Part shown: one piece after another, positions 57,518 to 64,000 of the stretch | How the letters are laid out: every line of letters starts with the position of its first letter | Numbering within the stretch: the first letter of the stretch is position 1 | Source of the DNA: Gammaproteobacteria bacterium | GTDB lineage: Bacteria > Pseudomonadota > Gammaproteobacteria > CBDBNL01 > JAAOII01 | Assembly: GCA_965209035.1 (NCBI GenBank) | Contig: OZ242372.1 | Span: forward strand, 480,001-544,000 | DNA: 64,000 bases | Direction of reading: 5' to 3' | The notes under the pieces: model-generated | What the model was told of the DNA's origin: nothing | Databases searched by the model: none | The model's input: only the letters and a program-made list of their open reading frames with translations | Made by a program: the position numbers and the translations under genes

Positions 57518-58279
57518 TCATTTTTCCCGTTGCCTTCGCCTCTCCGCCAAAGCACTTAGCACGGCAAGATCATCCGGACGGGTCAGTTTGATGTTCTCTC
57601 TGCTTCCTTCCACTATGCCAATAGGGGTGTCGGCATCATACGCCAAAATAACCTCGCAATCATCTTTGGGTGGGTTGGGGTTGGGTAGGTTGGGGTTGGG
57701 TAATTTTTTTTTGCCTATCGGGCAAGCCATCGAGTAAGCCGCATAGGCGGCGCGCAGCAGACCCAGTCTCGCCCCTTGCGGGGTCTGTATGTAAAAATGT
57801 TTCTCGCGTGGCAGAATACCGCGAACAAGTCCGCCGTCCCCCGCGGCCAAACTGTCACTTATGGCAACCGCCGTGGTAACCGCCGGATAGGTTTCCAAAG
57901 CCGATACACAGCGGTTAAAAAGCACCGGCTCCGCCAAAGGGCGTGCCGCATCATGCACGAGAACAATCGCATCATCCTCGTATGCGTCAAGCTGCGCGAG
58001 TGAAAGACGGATAGAATCGAAACGCGTCGCGCCTCCTTTCAAGGTTTTTTGCAACTTGCCGGTCGGAGGAATCGGCGGCATCTCCGCAGGCAGTGCGCTC
58101 GGTAGCACACTCGATAGCACCGGGAAAATATGTTGTATGCAATCACAGCCGCACATTGTATCCAGCGAATGAAACATTAAAGGTTTATCGTCAAAATTAA
58201 CAAACTGTTTTTCGGCACCGTAACGGATGCCCTTCCCGGCTGCCAGCAAAAGGGCAATAACCGGGACTTCTTTTTTCAA
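57518..58279 (-). CDS. IspD/TarI-family cytidylyltransferase
   Basis: LAAGKG.R..KQF, VHDAARP, QTPQ, NIKLT...DL. Confidence 0.82.
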   Translation of the reverse strand: MKKEVPVIALLLAAGKGIRYGAEKQFVNFDDKPLMFHSLDTMCGCDCIQHIFPVLSSVLPSALPAEMPPIPPTGKLQKTLKGGATRFDSIRLSLAQLDAYEDDAIVLVHDAARPLAEPVLFNRCVSALETYPAVTTAVAISDSLAAGDGGLVRGILPREKHFYIQTPQGARLGLLRAAYAAYSMACPIGKKKLPNPNLPNPNPPKDDCEVILAYDADTPIGIVEGSRENIKLTRPDDLAVLSALAERRRQREK

Positions 58280-59133
58280 TAGCCCGTCGGATCCGATGAC
58301 CCGGTCTTCTTTTTATCGAAGTTTGGTTTCTCCCTGTAAGCATTGTTCAGGGAGACTGCCTTTTCCAACAGTTCAAACTTGGCGGAAACCTCATTGGCAT
58401 AGTAAGCAAACCCTTTGGTATCCTTCGGGAAGCAGGAGCCACCGAAACCGGGCATGCCGTCAAAACCGGGGACGCGCATATGCGAACCGCCGATGCGCTT
58501 ATCCGCCGAGACGATCTTAATAAATTCTTCCCAATCGGATGTCGCGCCAGTTTTGGTGTGAATATCTTTGAGTTGATTAAAGAAAATCACTTTGGTAGCC
58601 AAAAAAGTATTGATCGTGTACTTGGCGAGAGACGCACTTTTTAGATCGGTTTTGTAAACCGGACAAGGGGCACAATCCGAATGCTCTTTGTAAAGTTTTT
58701 CCACCAAATCCGCATGCCGCGGATCACCTCCCAAAATATGCATCGGCGGATTTACAAAGTCTTCAAGAGAATTTTTCTCGGTCAAAAACTCGGGATTATA
58801 CACAAGTTTCGGATATATGTCCGCCAACTCCGTGAAAGTTGTCGGCGGTGCGGTGCTTTTTACAATCAAAAGAATATCCGAGTCTGCCATCGCAAACTCG
58901 GTAATCACTTCAAATAATATTTTGTCTTGCACTCTGCCATCGGCAAGTGCCGGTGTGGGTACCGCAACAAACGCCGCATCCGGCCGCTTTGCTATCAGGT
59001 CTTGCAAGGTCAGTCTTGTATAAAGCGGATCCACAACCAATTTTTGAATGTTTCTTGTAAAACCGTAATCCACCGCTTTGCCAACAAATCCGTGGCCAAT
59101 AATACCGATGGTACGCGTTGCGTGTTCTGTCAT
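58276..59133 (-). CDS. Short UDP-glucose/GDP-mannose dehydrogenase-family protein, no C-terminal domain
   Basis: GHGFVG, VPTP, KST, NPEFL, K...N.FLA.K..F.N, GFGGSCFPKD; 285 aa. Confidence 0.85.
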   Translation of the reverse strand: MTEHATRTIGIIGHGFVGKAVDYGFTRNIQKLVVDPLYTRLTLQDLIAKRPDAAFVAVPTPALADGRVQDKILFEVITEFAMADSDILLIVKSTAPPTTFTELADIYPKLVYNPEFLTEKNSLEDFVNPPMHILGGDPRHADLVEKLYKEHSDCAPCPVYKTDLKSASLAKYTINTFLATKVIFFNQLKDIHTKTGATSDWEEFIKIVSADKRIGGSHMRVPGFDGMPGFGGSCFPKDTKGFAYYANEVSAKFELLEKAVSLNNAYREKPNFDKKKTGSSDPTGY

Positions 59134-59158
59134 AACTTCAAAACTTCAAATTGGGGTC

Positions 59159-60148
59159 CTAATAACTCAAAGTTTTCATCAGTTCCAAAAACAACTCATC
59201 CCGTATTTTTTTTTCGCTCGCCAATTGCATCCTCTCCGTCGCCTTTTGTCGATCCAAACTTTCTTCTTTTAAGTTCCACTTAATTTGTCGCACCGGGAGA
59301 TCATCGTAAAAAACCTCTATTCGCATATCCCGGCGCAGCACATGCCATTTTCCCTGTCGGTTAACTTTTTCCGCATCCAAAGAAATATCAAGTCGCAGAT
59401 TGGGAGATGCCGAAACAGGGCGCATCCCCTGTGCCGCCAGTGCCCCGCTGGCAACGGATATCAAGTCCGCATTCTCTCCCTGTGCCAAAAAAGTAAATTG
59501 CTCCGCTTGCCTCCTTACCAGGCTGCCCGTATCATCCGGGAGCTGTCGGTGGGATCTCTGCGGCTCTACAATCCGCAGTCTGCGGATCAAAAAATTATAG
59601 TCCGCAATCAATGCTTGCCGCTCAATCAGCGACAAAATAATTGCTTGAGGAGGCGTCCCCGCGTCGTTCGCGCTCAAAACTTCAATATCCCGTCTCAAGA
59701 GTTGCGCATCCTTCCTCCACCCGCTGGCGGCATCCTTTTTGTTGAGAACCGCAAGCGCATAATAAACCTTGTTTTTTTTATCAAACCATATCTCCGCCAC
59801 CTCGGCGCCTTCTATGTCTTCGCGGGAAACAGTCAATACCGAGCGCGACAGATAGTCACTCTTTTCTTCGGCTTCTCCCCGGGAAACCAAGTTTTGATTG
59901 TAAACAGAATCGTCTTCTATGCGGACGGAAAATATTTTGGCAAGATTGCCGAGAGCCCTCTCCTTCGCATCCGTGAGATCCGCAGCGGCATCCAAAGCGG
60001 TCAGATACTCACTTTCGGGATACTTTGCCGTCGCCTCTCGCAAAATTTGATTCGGGTCCACACTCTTTGGGGGTGCGGCCGCACCCCGGATCTCCGGCAC
60101 GGAACAAAATAATCCCAAAACCAGTAAAACGGAAAAAAATCTCATCAT
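59159..60148 (-). CDS. LPP20-like exported protein
   Basis: YP...YL....A......AK.RAL..LAKIF.V.I, YALAVL; in an lpoB cluster. Confidence 0.6.
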   Translation of the reverse strand: MMRFFSVLLVLGLFCSVPEIRGAAAPPKSVDPNQILREATAKYPESEYLTALDAAADLTDAKERALGNLAKIFSVRIEDDSVYNQNLVSRGEAEEKSDYLSRSVLTVSREDIEGAEVAEIWFDKKNKVYYALAVLNKKDAASGWRKDAQLLRRDIEVLSANDAGTPPQAIILSLIERQALIADYNFLIRRLRIVEPQRSHRQLPDDTGSLVRRQAEQFTFLAQGENADLISVASGALAAQGMRPVSASPNLRLDISLDAEKVNRQGKWHVLRRDMRIEVFYDDLPVRQIKWNLKEESLDRQKATERMQLASEKKIRDELFLELMKTLSY

Positions 60149-61413
60149 CTTGTCAAAACGGGGTAAAAGTTAATCCCCTCTTTTATATTCAGTTCTACGG
60201 CGGGAGCCGTATAGGCATCGGTACTTGCAAATGAGGTATGTGTTCCGGCGGGAAACGATGTGCGAGATATGTAAAGGGCCGCCGGCAGGCTATCCCAACT
60301 GCGAGTATCCGCAACACTGCCACTTGCTATCCGACCAACAAAAACCAAAGCACTGAAAATAGAATCCTTTTGCTGATTGGCGGCATTTTGGAGCTGTTGC
60401 TGAATCAAAGCCCTTGCCAAGGCGCGCAAAATTAAAATCGGCGTATCCGCGGCCAGGGCATCGCGCATCTTGCGTTGCAAATTTATCAGAAGTTCAAAAG
60501 AAATCCCTGTCTCACCAATCCGAACAAACGGCGGTCCGGCGACAGGCGGTCTATCCGCATATACGGGAATGGAAATTAACAGATCTTGCAAAGCGGCCGG
60601 ATGCCAATGGTAAACACTCAGGGTCTCACGCCGACTGACCTGCCCCGAAGTCCCGATCACCACCAAAGACGCCGCATCCTGTTCCCGTTGCGCCGCAAGC
60701 CCAAGCAGCTTTTCTTGTTCCGCGAGTTCGCGCGTTCTGCCGCCGCGCCATAACAAATTAAGATAACTCTGTTTGAGCGAAGCGGGTGCTTCGCCATTGT
60801 CTGCGTAAGCAAGAAGCGCGCGCCTGTAAGCAACCAGCGCGTCATCGGTTCTGCCCTGACCTTCATAAGATAACGCCAACAAAAAAGGCAGGTAAGGGTA
60901 ATCTTCCGGTTCAAGCCGCCACTCGCGCAGTTGCAGTTCGGCTTGCCGCATTTCTATGCGTGCCTCGTTATATTGCCCCAAGGCAACATAGTTGATATAC
61001 TTATAAATGTAAATCATCACACGCTCAAAGATACTCCCGCTATAACTCTGAACCGCATCATTAATTGCCAATGCGGCCGCCTCCCCGGTCAAACTCAGCG
61101 GTGCCAATTCGTCGCTCAGCTTCTTTGCCTCCTCAAGTAGTCTGTTGCTCTCAATATAGTTACCCTCCAACTGACGCAAAACGGCATAATGCATCTTGAT
61201 CAGCAGCGTGTTTTTATTTTTCTGTGGGATATCCTCCAGTTTTTCTTCGGCCGCTTGCAAATCCCCCTCCGCAAAATGATCGTAATAGGTCGCAAAAGCA
61301 TGAACGGCACAGCTTGTAAGGCCTGTAAGGCCCGCAAATCCCGTAATCCCGCCTAACACCAAAAGAAGCACACCCCCGCACCGTCTCATCCGAAGGCCGG
61401 AAAGAAGGCGCAT
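60145..61413 (-). CDS. COG3014-like TPR lipoprotein
   Basis: Lipobox LTSC, Y.G..FE, ADTRSW..LP; adjacent to lpoB. Confidence 0.7.
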   Translation of the reverse strand: MRLLSGLRMRRCGGVLLLVLGGITGFAGLTGLTSCAVHAFATYYDHFAEGDLQAAEEKLEDIPQKNKNTLLIKMHYAVLRQLEGNYIESNRLLEEAKKLSDELAPLSLTGEAAALAINDAVQSYSGSIFERVMIYIYKYINYVALGQYNEARIEMRQAELQLREWRLEPEDYPYLPFLLALSYEGQGRTDDALVAYRRALLAYADNGEAPASLKQSYLNLLWRGGRTRELAEQEKLLGLAAQREQDAASLVVIGTSGQVSRRETLSVYHWHPAALQDLLISIPVYADRPPVAGPPFVRIGETGISFELLINLQRKMRDALAADTPILILRALARALIQQQLQNAANQQKDSIFSALVFVGRIASGSVADTRSWDSLPAALYISRTSFPAGTHTSFASTDAYTAPAVELNIKEGINFYPVLTR

Positions 61414-62036
61414 TACAATCTGGACGATGGCTTACGAATGTCTTTTTTAATTTTTTTCTGTCCGATCCAAAGTTTACGGTTTGTCTCTATGTCAATCAAT
61501 TCCATATCAACCTGATAATAGCGCACGCGACGTCTGCCTTCCACATCTTCAATTGTGCTAATCGTTCCAAGGAGCATTACATCCGCTCCAAGTTCGTTAC
61601 CCAGTCTCTTACGAGTCTCCTCGCTGACATACAGATCCTGATTTTCACGCTCTTCGCGCAACAATGACTGTTGATCCGAGCCGGCTACAACATCCAACCG
61701 TGCCGAATTAACCATCGCGGCCTCAATGTCCTTGATGAAAGTTACCGTATTAATATGCTCACTGCTATCGTTACGCACACCGCCGACTATGACAACCGGC
61801 GTCTTGGCAATATCTGCGGAATATCTGGCATACCAGGGGCGAGACAAGACATCCTTGGTAATCTCCTCAGCAACCAAGCGGGAATCAACATCATTCCATT
61901 CGCCGCTCAAATCAATATCCGTATCCACACCGACTCGTTTCACCTGGGTGGAACAGGCAACCAGAGACATCAATGCCAACCACAAAAAGTATTCGGCAAA
62001 CCGTCCAAACTGCATAAGTATTATCTTCTTTTTCAT
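61413..62036 (-). CDS. lpoB: Penicillin-binding protein activator LpoB-family lipoprotein
   Basis: Lipobox LVAC, DLSG.WND.D, VRN.SSEHI, GAD..L.G.I. Confidence 0.8.
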   Translation of the reverse strand: MKKKIILMQFGRFAEYFLWLALMSLVACSTQVKRVGVDTDIDLSGEWNDVDSRLVAEEITKDVLSRPWYARYSADIAKTPVVIVGGVRNDSSEHINTVTFIKDIEAAMVNSARLDVVAGSDQQSLLREERENQDLYVSEETRKRLGNELGADVMLLGTISTIEDVEGRRRVRYYQVDMELIDIETNRKLWIGQKKIKKDIRKPSSRL

Positions 62037-62467
62037 TTTTTCTTCTCTTTATTAATTTTATCGGATTTGGCGACAGCACCGGAACTTTCCGACTTCTCCC
62101 GCTTCTTCTCCGCTTTGTCCACTAACTCAATATAAGCCATAGGCGCCTTATCGCCGGCACGATAGCCGGCCTTGATGATGCGCGTATAGCCACCGGGTCT
62201 CTCCAAAGCCCGTACGGCAGCCCCTTCAAAAATCTCTTTCAAAATAATCTTATTATGAAGTTTTGATACCACATGCCGTCGTCTGGACGGACCGTCCTTC
62301 TTCGCATAGGTGACAATCGGCTCCACAAATCGCCTCAATTCCTTGGCCTTGGGCAAGGTCGTCTTAATGCAGCCGTGTTCTATCAAAGAAACAGCGAGGT
62401 TCCGCAACATCGCATTTCGGTGTGCGGAAGTCTTACCAAGTTTACGCCCCTGTTTAAGATGCCGCAT
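62033..62467 (-). CDS. rplQ: 50S ribosomal protein L17
   Basis: MRH....RKLG...[20 protein letters not shown]...R.GD.APMA. Confidence 0.97.
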   Translation of the reverse strand: MRHLKQGRKLGKTSAHRNAMLRNLAVSLIEHGCIKTTLPKAKELRRFVEPIVTYAKKDGPSRRRHVVSKLHNKIILKEIFEGAAVRALERPGGYTRIIKAGYRAGDKAPMAYIELVDKAEKKREKSESSGAVAKSDKINKEKKK

Positions 62468-63524
62468 CTTCTTCGGGTTGCTCTTGCTCCTCTTTTATTT
62501 CGCGCTTCAAGTGTTTCGGCGGCCAACCGCTGAGTTTCATACCCAATTCCAGGTCCAATTCCACCAAACCATCTTTAATCTCATCCAAACTGCGCTTGCC
62601 AAAACTGGGCTGTTTCATCAGATCCGCTTCGCTATTAATCACCAGATCGCCAAGATACTCTATGTTTGCCCGACGCAAACAATTTGTGGATCTCCCGCCC
62701 AACTCTTTCAGTTTATCTTCCACCTTATCAAAGAATATTTCCGGTATATCTTCCTGACTGGCCTGAGTACTGATAATTTCCTCGCTTTCCAGATCAATCA
62801 TGGGTTTCAATTGCTTGTATAAAAGCGTGGTGCCGCGCCGAATTGCCGCGGTCGGGTCCAGAGTGCCGTCCGTTTCCAACTCAATGATTAACTTATCCAA
62901 ATCCGTCTGTTGTTTGACACGGGCACTTTCCACCTTGTAAGAAACACGTAAAACGGGGGAATAACTTGCATCCAAATGCAAACTATTGGCGGAAACACTT
63001 TCCTCGGCATCCAGTATATCACGCGCCAAACGACTTTCCGCAGTTTCATAACCCGTCCCTTGTCTAATAGTCATTTGCATATCCAATTGCCCGCGCTCAT
63101 TAAGATGGGCGATGACATACCCAGGGTCCACCACTTCCATATTCGGTGGCAAGTTGATATCTCCGGCTGTCACAACACCGGGGCCTTCTTTTTTAAGAGA
63201 AATATCCGCTCGGTCCGCTTTCTTGTCATAAATGATAAAAGCAATGCCCTTCAAGTTTAAGAGTAACGAGAGAACATCCTCCTGCATCCCTTCTATAGTG
63301 TCATATTCGTGTTTCACTCCTTTAATACGCACATCGGTGATTGCGACACCCGCCATAGAAGATAAAAGAATACGCCGCAAGGCATGACCCAGCGTATAGC
63401 CAAACCCGCGCTCCAGCGGCGAGATGACGATTTTGGCGGCATTAACTTTACCGCCCCTTGTGTGTCCTAAGATTTCTACGGTCGGCTTATCAGCCACTAA
63501 AAATTTATTGGGAGAGTTTTGCAT
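62454..63524 (-). CDS. rpoA: RNA polymerase subunit alpha
   Basis: [44 protein letters not shown]. Confidence 0.96.
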   Translation of the reverse strand: MQNSPNKFLVADKPTVEILGHTRGGKVNAAKIVISPLERGFGYTLGHALRRILLSSMAGVAITDVRIKGVKHEYDTIEGMQEDVLSLLLNLKGIAFIIYDKKADRADISLKKEGPGVVTAGDINLPPNMEVVDPGYVIAHLNERGQLDMQMTIRQGTGYETAESRLARDILDAEESVSANSLHLDASYSPVLRVSYKVESARVKQQTDLDKLIIELETDGTLDPTAAIRRGTTLLYKQLKPMIDLESEEIISTQASQEDIPEIFFDKVEDKLKELGGRSTNCLRRANIEYLGDLVINSEADLMKQPSFGKRSLDEIKDGLVELDLELGMKLSGWPPKHLKREIKEEQEQPEEDAAS

Positions 63525-63530
63525 AACAGA

Positions 63531-64000
63531 TTATTTGGAATAAAGTTCAACTATAAGATTTTCATTAATAAGAGAAGATATTTCTTCCCGTTTCGGCAAT
63601 GACACAAAAACACCTTCCTGTTCATCCTGATTAATTAATAACCACGAAGGTTGTTCCAGTTGCTTGGCAATCTCCAACGCAACCTTGACCCGTTCTTGCT
63701 GTGCCGCCTTTGCGGAAAGTTTAATTTTATCGCCCGGCTTTACCTCATATGAAGGAATATTAACTTGTTTTTCATTAACTACCAGTCCCTTGTGAGAAAT
63801 AAGTTGACGTGCCTCGTTACGTGTGACAGCAAAACCCATACGATAAATCACATTGTCCAAGCGCGTTTCCAGCAGATGTATCAGATTCAAGCCAGTTGCC
63901 CCTTTCCGACGCGATGCCTTTTTATAATAATTGCGAAACTGACGCTCTAACAAACAATACATTCTTTTCACCTTCTGCTTCTCGCGCAATTGAAAATAAT
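63531..64000 (-). CDS. rpsD: 30S ribosomal protein S4 (5' end outside window)
   Basis: [31 protein letters not shown]. Confidence 0.96.
   Translation of the reverse strand, partial: YFQLREKQKVKRMYCLLERQFRNYYKKASRRKGATGLNLIHLLETRLDNVIYRMGFAVTRNEARQLISHKGLVVNEKQVNIPSYEVKPGDKIKLSAKAAQQERVKVALEIAKQLEQPSWLLINQDEQEGVFVSLPKREEISSLINENLIVELYSK

Overview
64 kb of a chromosome from a divergent, heavily rearranged gammaproteobacterium; a host-associated marine symbiont is my inference from the eukaryote-like thrombospondin/FN3 surface proteins. Most of the window is core genes: aapJQMP, gor, rpmH-rnpA-yidD-yidC-mnmE, orn, fpr, pyrE, gltX, pcnB-folK, bamE, smpB/ssrA, pgi, priA, mutY, xseB-ispA, lolA, gpsA, rpsD-rpoA-rplQ, plus tRNA-Ser and a free-standing tRNA-Ile. 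Accessory content: (1) three paralogous modular lipoproteins (FN3-like, thrombospondin type-3 Ca-binding repeats, GLUG beta-helix; 757, 853 and 1753 aa) growing by 84-, 144- and ~1740-nt duplications; (2) one of them lies with an IS481-family element between two 66-bp direct repeats; (3) that IS has an unusually long structured leader with two coupled small ORFs; (4) a low-GC TIR-STAND NTPase gene (candidate defence protein) next to a relic end of a related IS; (5) an adenine methyltransferase followed by the stump of a second one; (6) an MMPL/beta-barrel/LolA-like transport triplet; (7) a subtilase-like lipoprotein. Short tandem duplications occur throughout, and those seen inside genes all preserve frame. 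No CRISPR array, rRNA, reverse transcriptase or integrase was seen. All calls come from reading motifs by eye; no searches were run.
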